Assembly: GCF_036321535.1 (NCBI RefSeq)
Contig: NC_087436.1
Span: 29,266,001-29,330,000 of the forward strand
Origin: Camelus dromedarius
Lineage: Eukaryota
DNA length: 64,000 bases
Reading direction: 5' to 3'
Shown one piece after another: positions 1 through 12,945 of the stretch. Each line of letters starts with the position of its first letter. The stretch's first letter is position 1. The position numbers and the translations under genes were made by a program. The notes beneath the pieces are model-generated. The model searched no databases. It was not told the DNA's origin and saw nothing but the letters and a program-made list of their open reading frames with translations.

Positions 1-441
1 AATTAAAATGCTTAACTCCTGCATATGAAATCTGTAGGATGAGATATTTAAAAATAAAAATCAATGAACTGGCACAAAGTAAGAAGCTGGAAGTATCAAT
101 ATAGATATAGTGTGTGTTGTGTTGAGGAACATATATAAGGTTAAGTAAAACCTCCTTTCTTTAAAAAGTCTGTATTATTTAAAATATATTGGAGGAGACT
201 TTCAGTTAATAGAGTCCACAGATCTATTTGATTTCAATAGAAGGAGCTCTACTTTAAAAAAGCCAGATTATTCAAAGCCCATTTCTTGGATTAAACAAAA
301 TACTAGCTAATGGGAAGAAAATAACAGTAACTGAACAGTTAGGCCAGGCTTTTAACACTCACAGCCATTCTATGATACTAGAAAATTTTCCAGCTGAGGT
401 TAAATCTGGGTTTGACTCACCCAGAATCATTGTGCTTCCTC

Positions 442-624
442 CAGTGTGCTTGGTTTCTGCAGAGCACTGATCCAGCAACATGTAGCAAAGCCTCCTGAGA
501 ATTCACGTTTAAATGTGTATTCCTCAACCTCACCACCACCGTCTGAATCACGGTCTCTGGAGGAGGGACATGTTTTAATAAGACCCATGGGTGACTCCAG
601 AGACACAGAGTTTAAATATCCCTG
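442..624 (+). mobile_element. MER5A-like hAT-Charlie MITE (old, diverged)
   Basis: Colinear with recalled MER5A: CAGTG...cagcaacatg...cctgagaattcacgtttaaatgtgtattcctc...ctgaatcacggtctctggagg...tgttttaataagaccc..ggtgactc...tatccctg; explains ORFs 427-699 and 446-673. Confidence 0.6.
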
Positions 625-2451
625 CATCATACTTGCTTCTACAATACTACCTGATTCTGTGTCCAATAGATAAAAGTCCTCAAGTCCTACCTGGTGCAAA
701 GAGCTTTAAAAAATACTCAGTCATGATCTAATTTTAGGCTGAGTGTGTTGGCCCTGCCAAAATCAGTGGAATAATTGAAAAACAGAACTGAGAAACACTC
801 TCCCTGGAGAAGCGAAGAGAGTGCAGCATAAATAAAATATCAGCCTGATCAGGGAGACTGTTCTTGTTTACGAGTACACGGGCCTCTCTTGCCAGACATC
901 ACCTTCAGTTACTGAAGAAGTTTCAATGGAGCCATTCATACGTCAGTGTTGATATTTAAGGAAAAGAAAGCACACGTGCAAGGGTCACAGTCTTAGAAGT
1001 TCATTGTTAGTGACAGCTGTCTCTGTCAGTCAGGTGTGGGTCTGGCTAGGTCCGATGCCATAAACATGTTATCAGAACATGTAAAGGAGGACAGTAAACA
1101 AAATACTGATTTAGGAGAAGCAAGAGAAATAGCTGAGACGGCTCTGTCTTCCTTGAGCCTAGGAATGTTCTTCGTCCAAGTGGTAAAAATATAAGCAAAA
1201 TCCAAGAAGAATAAAGATTTGTGATAAGAGAGTGACATGCCAAATATAATCCCTTTTAGCTCTGCTGTACACAGAGACAGCAAAATATTCAGAAAAAAAT
1301 TGTCAAAAATGAAGAATAATGTAAGCAAGGTAGTAGGATTTTTTTAATGGAAATAATAAAAATGCATCTTAATTATATAATTTCTACAAGATGTTAAAAA
1401 CACTAAAATAAAAAAAAATTTCCTGAAAGTATAAACTTCTGCATAGTAGGACAATCACTGATGGCTGTAATGATTCAGTAGGTCCAGAAAAATCTTAGTA
1501 ACTGAAAAATTGCAAAGCAAAGGAGCTGTACACCACAAAGTACAATTTTTTTAAAAATTTGATTTTTCAATATATTTATAGAACTCTGTTCTACCATAGT
1601 TTAATACTAGATGATTTAAATATCATCTGTCATTTTTTTCAATGCTTAAAAATTTCTATATTCATTATCTTTTAAGTGATGAAAATAAATACTTTGATTT
1701 AAGATTAAATCGTACCGATAAAATTCTGGTGTTTTATATATGCACTAACAAGTTTGAGAAAGCAATACTATAAGTAAGAGCACATCATATTTTTAGTTGT
1801 AAACTCAGTCACCAATCCTCATCACTAATATATAATATTTGACAAAAAAACTGGCTTTTAATTACAGTTATGGATGTCTTGTGATTGCAGTAGAATCCCA
1901 GAAAGAAGGAGGCAAAAATAATCTCTTTATTTGGATTCCATCCCACCACGTATCACCTGGCTGCAGGGTCGAATGGGAGAAAAATGCTTTGTAAATGTTA
2001 CGAGATTAAAAAAAAAGAAGAAGAAGAAGAATGAGAACAGATGATAAGCTAGATAACATTTCATCATGATGCCAAAAAGAATCAAAAAAATTTTTTTTCA
2101 TCAGCTTATGAAGTGAATTGGCAGAGAGCGGAAAAAAATATCCAGGATGAGTTCCTTTTGAAATAACTAACTTCTAGTTAAGAAAATACAGAGAATGAAA
2201 AAAACACTGGGGAGGAGAAAAGCTGGCTAGTAACTGCCTGTGCCTTGGAAGAGAAGTTTAAAGTTCTCCTTCTCCTCTCCTTTCTTTTAAAAGCAAACAT
2301 CAAAGAGAAAAATATGTCCATCCCAGTCTTGTCTGGATCCAATTAGACACATAGATATTTCCTTAATTATTGACAGTGGTTATTGCCTTTTGAATCTAAC
2401 ATTTAAATAGTCTGAATTAGGTTAGTAGAGTTCCTGCAATGTATTTATAAC

Positions 2452-2831
2452 TGTCTCAGTCTGATCAGGCTGCTATAACAAAATGCCATAAACTGGATGG
2501 CTTAAACAACAGACATTTATGAACGTACAAATGTATGAAGGCTGGGAAGCCTAAGGTCAAAGTGCTATAAGTCTAAGCTCAGTTTCCTTCTGGTGAGAGC
2601 CCTCTTCCTGGTCTGTGTTTTGTTCCCTTCTCTCTGTGTCCTCAAGTGGCAGAGAGAGAGTGTTCTCTCTCTTCCTCTTTTTAAAGCCACTAATCCCATT
2701 GTGAGGGCTCCACCTTATGACCTCATCTAATCTTAATTACCTCCCAATGGCTCCACCTCCAGATACAGCCACATTGGAGGTTAGGGCTTCATCTTGTGAA
2801 TTATCAAGGGTACGCAGTTCAATCTATAGCA
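2452..2831 (-). mobile_element. MLT1A-like ERVL-MaLR solo LTR
   Basis: Starts tgtctcagt..ggctgctataacaaaatgccataaactggatggcttaaacaacagacatttat, contains cactaatcccattgtgagggctccacc..atgacctcatctaatc, ends tctatagca; 5-bp TSD-like ataac/ataat. Confidence 0.85.
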
Positions 2832-3782
2832 ATAATCTCTGGTGTCCTAACCACAGACCCCAACTCCCATGCTTGGTATAAGTGGAGTCATGACTACCAT
2901 TATAATTGGCTTGTATCTATTCTGCTATAACCCAATCATCTTTATACAATTTATGCTGAAAAATTGTACCCAAATCCACTAACAGTATCTTTGTGGCCAA
3001 GCTTTTACTGTTACAATATTTACGGTAAGACCTGTGTCCAGATTCCTACTGGGGTGCTGCCTTTCAAATTCTAGCGAGTGTTTCTACATCTTTCTCTTCC
3101 TCTGCCTCCAATATTACAATTCCACTAACTGTTCCAGGCAGCAGAGTACAGTTTACGAATGATTTTCTTTCCTACATACTGCTAATCTACCTGAACTTTC
3201 TCCTTTTGTCTTAAATTCAGGCATTCCCTAGATGGCTGCTCTGCTTCAGGGAACTGTCTTGGACCTAATCGCAATCATCCTTGGTCTTGATTTGCTTTGC
3301 TATGAAGTATGTTCTGAATGTTAACATATTATTTGCTTAATATTCTTGATGTAAAAAGTCCTATATCATTAATAGACTTTGACTCAGAAAAATCATTGCT
3401 ATTATAAGCCACAAGTCCCAGAAGGAAATATTGATTCCCACTTTGTGGCGACATCATGATTCTAGAGGCACAGTTATTCTGAGATGGAAGATGGTTTGGT
3501 TGAATTTATTGACTTAGAATACCATAGCTAGGTTAAAATCTGCATATGAAGCGAAGGCCAAAAATTGATTCTTCCAATCATTAGCTAATCTATGCAATGG
3601 CTACTACAACTTCTTGTCCTTAATATCCATCCTTCCATGAATATATCTATAACTATTGCTATATCTACACATAGAGATAAATATAGATATAGATTTATTT
3701 CTAAGAGCACACACAAAGTCTAGCAGTTTATTTCTTCCTTTTCATTCTCTTTGTGTAAATTTGATGATGAGGTCTAACTGCC

Positions 3783-4014
3783 CTGTGGTATATTTTAAAG
3801 TTGCTAAAAGAGTAAATCCTAAAATTTCTCATCAGAAGGAAAAAAGAATTTGTAACTATGAGGAGATTGGTGTTAACTAAACTTACTGTGGTAATCATTT
3901 CCCAATGTATCTATGTCAATATGCCAATATATGTATGTAAATAATTATGTGGTACACCTTCAACTTATACAGAGTTGTGTATTAATTATATCTCAATAAA
4001 ACTGAGAAAGAAAA
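3783..4014 (+). mobile_element. L1 3' end (L1MA/L1MB-age)
   Basis: aaagttgctaaaagagtaaatcctaaaatttctcatca...gtaactatg...tgtggtaatcatttc...gtacacctt..aacttatac..tatatctcaataaaactg is the typical L1MA9/L1MB 3' terminus. Confidence 0.8.
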
Positions 4015-4600
4015 CTTAGACATGGTAATAATACCTCACAAAAAAGTATAGAGCCTTTTCTAATATAACTATTCTAAACAGTCATAGATAGACAAGCTTT
4101 GGATCCATTTTTCAGTTCAGCTACTTTTCTTAGCAGTTGCATTTTATTTAGACCTTTTTATCAGTTCTTGTAGCAGAAGACTTGACTACAGTCTTTAATG
4201 TATCAGTGAGTCATTGTCCAGACTTCATTTTGACCTGCAGTGTTTATCAATATTTTTGATGTGAGATTACCAAACTACTTAATGTAATGAAGCTAAACAA
4301 AGAACAGAAAACATTAAAATATACTGCAGGTATGATCTTCAGAATTAGCTGGTGCAGGACACAAGTGCTGTAACAGGATTAATTCAGGCCAGTTACTTAA
4401 CTGTGCTTTACTGGTTGTGAAATTAGACTAATATCCATCGGAGTTGCTGTGCATATTACTATATAGGGTTAGAACTGTTGTAATGAAGAACTCCTATAGA
4501 ATGAGTTCGACTGTTTTATATATTTTGTGATGCAGTCAAGGCCATATCATTATGGTTAGCTTCAAAGTTGCGAACCTGGCATTTTTTCCAAGCACTAGCC

Positions 4601-5502
4601 TTTTTTTTTTTTTTTTTTTTAACATTTTTTATTGATTTATAATCATTTTACAATGTTGTGTCAAATTCCAGTGTTCAGCACAATTTTTCAGTCATTCATG
4701 GCCATATACACACTCATTGTCACATTTTTTTCTCTGTGAGTTATCATAACATTTTGTGTATATTTCCCTGTGCTATACAGTGTAATCTTGTTTATCTGTT
4801 CTACAATTTTGAAATCCCAGTCTATCCCTTCCCACCCTCCACCCCCCTGGTAACCACAAGTCTGTATTCTCTGTGAGTCTATTTCTGTCCTGTATTTACG
4901 CTTTGTTTTTATTTGTTTGTTTGTTTTTGTTTTTTAGATTCCACATATGAGCGATCTCATATGGTATTTTTCTTTCTCTTTCTGGCTTACTTCATTTAGA
5001 ATGACATTCTCCAGGAGCATCCATGTTGCTGCAAATGGCATTATGTTGTCGGTTTTTATGGCTGAGTAGTATTCCATTGTATAAATATACCACCTCTTCT
5101 TTATCCAGTCACCTGTTGATGGACATTTAGGCTGTTTCCATGTTTTGGCTATTGTAAATAGTGCTGCTATGAACATTGGGGTGCAGGTGTCATCCTGAAG
5201 TAGATTTCCTTCTGGATACAAGCCCAGGAGTGGGATTCCTGGGTCATGTGGTAAGTCTATTCCTAGTCTTTTGAGGAATCTCCACACTGTTTTCCATAGT
5301 GGCTGCACCAAACTGCATTCCCACCAGCAGTGTAGGAGGGTTCCCCTTTCCCCACAGCCTCTCCAGCATTTGTCATTTGTGGATTTTTGAATGACGGCCA
5401 TTCTGACGGGTGTGAGGTGATACCTCATTGTAGTTTTGATTTGCATTTCTCTGATAATTAGTGATATTGAGCATTTTCTCATGTGCTTTTTGATCATTTG
5501 TA
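4601..5502 (-). mobile_element. Young 5'-truncated lineage-specific (camelid-type) L1 with poly(A) and TSD
   Basis: 20-nt poly(T) at 4601-4620, 3'UTR, open ORF2 C-terminus; flanked by tccaagcactag[c/t]c at 4587-4600 and 5503-5516. Confidence 0.95.
4934..5497 (-). pseudogene. L1 ORF2p C-terminal fragment (187 codons, uninterrupted) with CCHC zinc knuckle
   Basis: [37 protein letters not shown] (CX3CX7HX4C), [44 protein letters not shown] are L1 ORF2p motifs; EN and RT domains absent. Confidence 0.95.
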
Positions 5503-5889
5503 TCCAAGCACTAGTCTTTACTTAAATATTCTGTAACAATTGAACTGACCAACAATTAATATGGGCCAACATCATTTTGTTTATTTTAACCTACCAATAA
5601 TTTAATCTGATCCCTTGCTTATTAGCCAAATCCCTAAATTGTAGTCTCACTTGACACCGCAAGTTTCAATGCACACTTAAGCCTAACTCATACCGCTTAA
5701 TTGCTCTTCTCCTTCTATATCTCACGATTGCCAGTTTCTCTACTCAGTCTTATACCAGGTAACTTTTTCTGGCTGTTACACATTTTACATCTAGCATTCT
5801 TTTGCATCATTTTTCATGTCAAAATAAATTTCATGTTCTACATTTTAAAAACATCTTTTTTTAAAGGACTTTATTAGTTAGAATTTTAA

Positions 5890-7060
5890 TTTGAGAGACA
5901 CTTCAGGGAACCTGAGGTAAACAGTACAGGAATTTATTTTTAAAAGATGTGCATACCTCCCAGGCTTCCAGCATCTGCTCAGGATGTAAAGAGCTGAGAA
6001 GGGTTTCAATCCCAAACTGAAACAAATAAACCAACGACAAAAAATTCAGCCAAACAAAGAATGTGCATGGTTTTTGAACTCGGAGGTTTGCTGCAACCAC
6101 AGGCTAACAAACTGATTCATAAAATAAGAAGAGTCAGGAAGGTTTACCTGGGCCACTAGTAACAAGCACTCAGACGGATTCTGCTTGGGTGAATGGTGGA
6201 TGGAGAAGCCAGTTGAAAGTTAAATGACAAGAGAAAGTGAAGCCTCTTTGAGGAGCAGGTCTTTGAAGGAAGGCATGAAGCAGTGCTGTGTTAGTTCAAG
6301 GTACACTGAGCCTGTAAAAATATTAAACTAGAAATCAATAACAAAAAGATATCTGGAAGTGCTCCAAATATTTGAAAATTAAGCACACTTTTAAGAAATA
6401 TGTGGGTCAAAAAGTTAGCCTCAAAAATTAATAAAAATATTGACCAGAACAAATATAAATTCAACATATGAACATTTATGGGATGCAGCTAGAGCAGTAG
6501 TTAGAGGAAAATGCATAGAATTATAAATTACAAACACTAGATTCAAATTGTGTATTTGTTTCTCACAGCAGTTTAGTTTAGCAATTTTGAAACTACTTTA
6601 CATGTGTCAAATTATTTAAATAAAGGAATCATTAGACTGAGGGGACACTAATGCCCTGGGGGCCTATGTAACCAAACCGAACTCTGAACCTATAAATTCC
6701 TCAAGGTCACCTAATCGAAATCAAAGGACAACCAGTCAAAAACAGCCAACTAAGCTTTAAGCTATAGCTGGTCAATAATTTCCTTATTTTGCTTTATCTT
6801 TTCTCTGTAAAAGTTTCCCCTAGAGCTCCTGACCACATTCAGTTTAGCAGTACCTGTTTTGAATTGAATTTTGGCTTAATAAAAACTCTTCAAATTTTTA
6901 ACATGCCTCAGTTTAACACGTGTAATTAGTAAGTAAATACAGTGATAACCAGATTTCTCACTCTCAGAAAAAGAAGTTACAAATAAGCAAGGAAGGAATG
7001 CTAAAATGAAATCTGTGCTACTGAACTGGCAACAGAATAAAATTTTATAATGAAATGAAA
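5890..7060 (+). mobile_element. Old fragmented L1 (5' region, ORF2 post-EN piece, L1MC/MD-like 3'UTR), interrupted by an LTR
   Basis: 6320-6530 aaactagaaatcaataac...ttatgggatgcagctagagcagtagttagaggaaaa encodes the ORF2 'LWDAAKAVLRGK'-like motif; 3'UTR-like tttagcaattttgaaactacttt and tttctcactctcagaaaaagaagttacaaat; the 5' part is less certain. Confidence 0.6.
6605..6918 (+). mobile_element. ERV1 solo LTR, MER41/MER57-like
   Basis: TG...CA ends (tgtcaaa / tttaaca, near-perfect inverted), 4-bp TSD catg/cgtg, cattagactgagg, aataaa, 3' end aaatttttaacatgcctcagtttaaca. Confidence 0.75.
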
Positions 7061-7234
7061 TGGATGATGAAAATGTTTTTGTGTGTTAAATGCAATATAC
7101 AGGTTACGGAAGGATTTTTTTTTTTAATAGTGTAGACATGCCATCAGAAAACTTAACAATAGTATTGAAAACTGTAATTTATATTCACTAGTTTCAAAGA
7201 GCCCAAGAAATCCACGAGATAGACTATGTTTATG

Positions 7235-7540
7235 AGCCAGCTTCTTGTTGAGCTTTCAGTCGGCCAGTTTGGCCAGTTTCAGTTTGGCCAGCGGAGACAC
7301 CTAGCAGAAAACTGGAGGGAGTGACAAGAGTAAGTTCAGAGCAGCTTCATCTGGTTCCTTTCTGTAAATTCACACCTAGCTGTGTGTATCCCATGACCGC
7401 ACGGTACTGCCTCTCTGGACAGGGCTATCTTTTATGAGTCTCCTTATGAGTGGCCCAGTTAGCTCTCTCTTCCCCCCTTGGTTTTTGGGCCTAGGGAATG
7501 TTGTTAATATATCCACAGTCACTATTTCTTGAGTTACTGA
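7235..7540 (+). mobile_element. LTR33-like ERVL LTR remnant
   Basis: gtttggccagcggagacacctagcagaaaactggagggagtgacaagagtaagttcag and ccccccttggtttttgggcctagggaatg resemble recalled LTR33. Confidence 0.45.
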
Positions 7541-8109
7541 CCACAAAACTAGGAGATGACTGTCAAAGAGGTTTCAGGAAAGCAAATAAACAGTACAGCT
7601 TTGAATGGGGCTGGAGTAACGCTTAAACCTTGGACTAGAAAATTTCTTGGTTCCTATAATATTAAAGACTTTAAGGGAGCAAAAAAATCTTCTAATATTA
7701 AATCTATATGTTTGTAGCATGGGCATAAGGCTGCTGAATAAATGAGAACTATTATAATACAGAAAGAATTGGCAAGTTTTTCAGACGTAAGGAGAATATT
7801 CATTAGCTAAAATGTGTTCTGTGATAAAGATAACAGAGGGTATTGAAAGAGTAAAGAATGATAAAATTCTATTTATTGATTGATTATTGTCTAATGTGAT
7901 GATCCTGAATAATTTTATATCTCCTACCATGCACTGTCCAGGATGACAAAATTTGATAATAATTTCTGTAAGAGTGACATAATATTAACAGAAATTTAAT
8001 GTGCAAAAGAATAGTATATTATTAGAAATTTCTGCTCAAATCATGCTCATTACCCAACTGCTAAACTGTTTTCATAACTCCCCCTTTGGTGCATTTTATA
8101 AAATATTGG

Positions 8110-8600
8110 ATTGGAATACAACCTGGTTTTCCTTGTCAGACCCCTTTTTCAGAGAACTTCCTTTAATTCAAAGCCCCAGAAGAATGGGCAGTGACCACAT
8201 GACTCTGTCTCTAACCTTCTAGCCACACTTGGAGTGCTCATTCTCCTGATGTGTAGAAAACCCATCTATAAGCACCAGTTACTACTGCCCTGGCACTAAT
8301 AGTTGAAGTAGTTCTAGTAGTTTGTCTCCATTGAATTTTTAATTAGGACTCAAATAGTGTATGTCATTCGGTAACATGATGGAAAAAAACAGGTACATAG
8401 AGTAATTTATGGAGCACTAGAGGAAAAAATCACTGGCACCCGACTTCCATTTGCCTTAGAGCTTTCCTGGTCCTTGCCGTTCCTCAGACTTGGCCATTAG
8501 GTTGCTCCAAATTCCTTGAGAACTTTTGGAATCCTTGCCGTGACCATTCCCCCAAACCCTCCCTAACTGGAGTTAATATAAGCAGCTGTCTGTTTCTAAC
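8110..8600 (+). mobile_element. Ancient ERVL/MaLR-class LTR remnant (LTR67B/LTR16-like)
   Basis: Locally raised GC; cagacccctttt..., gccacac, and ggagttaatataagcagctgtctgtttc resembling old ERVL LTR 3' ends; highly diverged. Confidence 0.3.
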
Positions 8601-8654
8601 TGTATTAATTATGTACACATTGAATTTAATTTAATTTAATTATAGTTATATTTT

Positions 8655-9316
8655 AAGTATTTTTTATCTTATACAATTTTTAAAGATTAATTTCCATTTA
8701 CAGTTACTACAAAATAGTGACTGTATTCCCCATGTTGTATAATACATCCTTAAGCCTGTCTTACACCCAGCTGTTTGCACCTCCTACTCTCCTACCCCTG
8801 TGTTGTACCCCCTCCTCCCCACTGGTAGCCACTACTTTATTCCCTATATCTGTTAGTCTGCTTCTTTTTTGTTATATTCGCTAGTTTGTTGTATTTTTAG
8901 ATTCCACATATAAGTAACATCATACAAGACTTGTCTCTCTCTGTCTGACTTACCTCACTTAGCATAGTGCTCTCCAAGTCCATCCATGTTGCTGCAAATG
9001 GCAAAATTTCATTCTTTTATATAGCTAAGTAATGTTCCATTTTGTTTGTGCTGTGTGTGTCTCTATGTATATATATGTATATACACACATATACAAAATC
9101 TTTATCCATTCATCTGTTGATGGGCACTTGGACAGCATCCATATCTTGGCATTTATCAGTAATGTTATGAACATTGGGGTGCATGTATCTTTTCCAATTA
9201 GTGTTTTTGGTTTTTTCAGGTATATACTCAGGAGTGGAATTGCTGGTAGTTCTATTTTAAGTTTTTTGAGAAACCTCTGTACTGTTTTCCATAATGGCTG
9301 CACTGATTTACATTCA
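8655..9316 (-). mobile_element. Artiodactyl-type L1 3' end (ORF2 C-terminus + 3'UTR)
   Basis: ORF 9025-9405 contains [40 protein letters not shown] and KCPSTDEWIK; tttagattccacatataagt and tccatccatgttgctgcaaatggcaaaatttcattc. Confidence 0.9.
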
Positions 9317-11442
9317 TTTACATGCATATAATTTACATTATACACAGTTACATTTATAAATATATACTTATATTTAGAATTTCTTCTTTTTTTATAAGTT
9401 TTCACAATTGCAATTTTTAAATGTTATATAATATTCCATAAACTGGTATCATACTTTATACCATGGGTAAAGACTTAAATCTGATATCCACTTTGGTTAT
9501 TTTAGATTTTATATTTTTCAATAGATTCTTTTGTTCATCTTTTCACTTATTTTCTCCACATGACTCTTAAGAGTGGGATCACTCAATTGGGGAACCATTG
9601 CTTTGTTTTACTTTGTTCATAGTATCATTCTGTTTTCCATTTTCATACAAATAAACTATTTATTCATGCTTATGTTATAATAATATGAGGAAAAATAGAT
9701 TAGCTTTTAAAAGTCAACTTTTAAGTTTGGGAGAGTAATGTTTAAATTTTGACAAAACATTTCAGACTGATGTTACAATGTTAAGAATAGAAAATATTCT
9801 TTATCCTCAGGTACTTACATTAAAAAGTGTATTTATTTGATGTCTGTGTAGATACATACAGATTAGAAATGCTTAGGATGTAACACATGTTTTTTTCATA
9901 CCATTATATGGTCTCTGTGTCATTAGAAGCTTATAAATTTTGTTTTTAATCTGGAAAATTAACTGACGTAAAGCATGTGTCATTTTCTTCCATGTAATGA
10001 GAAATTTAGTAGATACTTTAACTTGTCAATCTTCCTCATCTCACCTATCTGTGTAAAAAATATTTATATTCTTCTTTATTAAAACAAATTCTATCAGTTG
10101 AGATAACAATGAATGTCTGTCTCTTCTGGTTAGGAATAGTAAGAGGAGATGAAGGTATCTGCTGCCTCTTTCAGTCTCTCCGAATTCTCACTGCAGGGGC
10201 ACCCAATGAGTTGACAATAAAATTTTAACATTATTTGAATCAAATTTCTATCTTCTGAATTATTTTCACTCTCCCAATTGAGCAGTAATATGGTAAGTAG
10301 AATGGTTCAGGAAGTGCTAGATTTCCGCCAAGACTTTTGACATTCATTAGAATCTTCAAGCATGTTTGATGTGTATTCTTGGCAGCTAGCAGATGCAGCC
10401 TTGTGTCTGTTCCAAAATGGTTTTAAAATAAAAGTAATTTGTTTTAATAATGATAAATATGACTGCTATTTTTAACCTGTCGGATACTCCTGACAATCAC
10501 CAAATATTCTCATATTGATTTTTGATATACACTAGAAGATAGTCTAAGACACAGAAGAGTTCAGAATACACATTCTATTTAGAGTTGAGGTTGTTAAGTG
10601 CCTTTCTACCTACCTAAAAGGAGGGAAAATAGGGATTCAGAGACTTATTTTCAGTTTCTGAGAATCTGACTTTCAGCCTGTGTAATAATATGGAAATAAT
10701 ATTCCCCAAACCGTCAAGTTATGAATGTAAAGAAAATGATATGACACTGTTAATATAAGTGTGTCTCCTCCAGCAGTGCTGTTGATTTATGGTTCTTTGT
10801 AAAGTCATCAACATGTATGTTGAACTGAAAAATTCATTATTGTTCTTACACGTACAAAGTAAAAATGGGAGCTAGAATAAATGTCTTTAAGAAAAGTCTT
10901 GATTGTAAAAATGTACAATAAAACCACAGTCTGTATGATGTGGAACTTTTCCTACTCTTATATTTTTGTCTACCATGAAGGATTTATCATTGTTCTCTTT
11001 GAGATTATAACTTACAATGATGAAGCAGTCTTAGGAAGGAAAAACAATTTATAAGTTAAAACAGAGGGGATCAGGGGCTTTGTTCAATTTCTGTACTCTA
11101 ATTAGTTGGTGAGCTCCATTTGAATTACTAGAAGCTTTCTTTAAAGTGTAGTGTTTGGAGAAATCAGAGACTAAATTCTCCCATTATACATTTATCTGTA
11201 ACTATCACTAAGTACAATGGAAGTTTCCACATAAATAGCTTGGAGTGGAATTTAGATCTAGCAAATAAGATCCAGGAAAACTCAGTAAATGTTACATTTT
11301 TTCTAACTCATTACTTTGGTAATTAATTTATCTAACAATATTTTATTACAAACTGTCTGTCTCCTAAATGTCAATTGATTATTGCAAAATAGGGATAACC
11401 TTAGATGTTTGTTCTTGATGCATTATCAGATACTTTGAAATA

Positions 11443-11645
11443 CAGTTGACCCTTGAACAGCATGGGTTTGCACTGCACAGGTTCACTTACACTAGAATTT
11501 TTTTCAATAGTGAATTGTTACTACACTTTGCAGTTGTGATGGATGTGGAACCATGAAACAGAGAGACAATAGTAAAGTTACACTTGGATTTTCCACTACT
11601 CAGGCGTCAGCGCCCCTAATTACAACATTGTTCAATGGTCAGCTG
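11443..11645 (+). mobile_element. Tigger2-derived MITE (MER8-like)
   Basis: TIRs cagttgacccttgaaca / tgttcaatggtcagctg, preceded by TA; internal gggtttgcactgcacaggttcactta. Confidence 0.85.
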
Positions 11646-12459
11646 AACAATATCTTTACCTAAAGTGAACAGAAGAGTGAAAAAGACTATGTTAAATGTA
11701 TTTAACGGTTTCAAAATGGTGGTAATGAAGTCTTTCTCATGATACACTCACTAAAAGCAATTTTGCACTCAGTGGGTCTGCTTTAGGATATGACAAACAA
11801 TTTCTGGATAAAATGTTTAGCTGTATCATGGATTAAAATTGACTACTTTTGAGCCTTGGGTCACGTCACTGACCTACACGATACTTGGATATTGACTAGG
11901 ATTTGTTGAAAGCCACAACTAAGAGTATAAGTCAGAGGACTGTTACTGTATTTTGCTTCAGTCATACATACAATTGTCATTTTTCTCTGTAGAGTAATTT
12001 TTTAAATTGGACCCGTGGCATGTATCATCCTTTGATCACTCCATGGAGAAACTGCTAATTTTACTTGAGGGAGATTGAGGGGTATATGACAAAAAGATAA
12101 AGAAAAAGAAGCGTATGTGGAGAAGATCAACATAGATTCCTGTATTCAACACAATTTATCCACAGTTTGGATAGTACTAGTCAATTATCATTTATTATTT
12201 ATTATTAATTATAATTTATTATTACAGTATTTTTGTTAAGCAAAATAAAATAATGGTGTTGTTAGTATTATTTTGCTTTAGAAACAGAACTATTAAGGTA
12301 GAGATGCTTTAATTCTGTACCTAATATGGGAATTTGTTCCTCTCTCATATTTTAAGCCGACTTTTCTTTATATTTGTTAAAATTGAAATAATTGTATGTT
12401 TTCACACTTTCAGGATTTCATCGACATTTGAGCATTATTCAAATTGACTTTTTAAAGCT

Positions 12460-12945
12460 TTTACTTTGTATTATTAAATATAATGCACAATGGCAAATGT
12501 ACATAGAACATATATGTACAGCTTAACAGATACATATACAGTAGCATCCATGTAACCATTTCCCAGAAAAAGAAAGAATTTTGGTAGCAAATGTTCCCAC
12601 AATCCTCTTGTATTCTCACTGTGTTTCTCCTTGTCCTGACTCTCATAATAACCATTTATTTTTTTACATATACACAAATCCATAAACAAAGTTTAATTTT
12701 GCTATTTAAAAATATAAACATAGGAATGAGTCTGAGTTTATGCATGTGCCTTTTGCTTCCATAGCTCAACATTATGTTTTAGAAATTCATATGGTTGCAG
12801 AAAGGAATACAATTGTGGCTTGTTTATTTTCTTATAACATAATTATCAATGCTTTACTGTATAGCTCTTCATTTATTATACTGTTCATATTCTGCTATTT
12901 CCAGTTCTTGGATAGTATCAATATTGCTACTCTAAAAAGTCCTTG
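12460..12945 (-). mobile_element. Old L1ME-like 3' fragment
   Basis: catccatgtaaccatt, tgccttttgcttccatagctcaacattatgttttagaaattcat, ctatttccagttcttggatagtatcaatattgctactct. Confidence 0.55.

Noticed and set aside
421..699. Minus-strand exon-like segment (cag|GTAGG...TGG|gtgagt) and 90-aa ORF
   Set aside because: Mostly explained by a MER5A-like MITE; no recognisable protein and a stop precedes the donor
1026..1328. 100-aa hydrophobic minus-strand ORF
   Set aside because: Non-ATG start, composition expected from T-rich DNA, no recognisable domain or splice context
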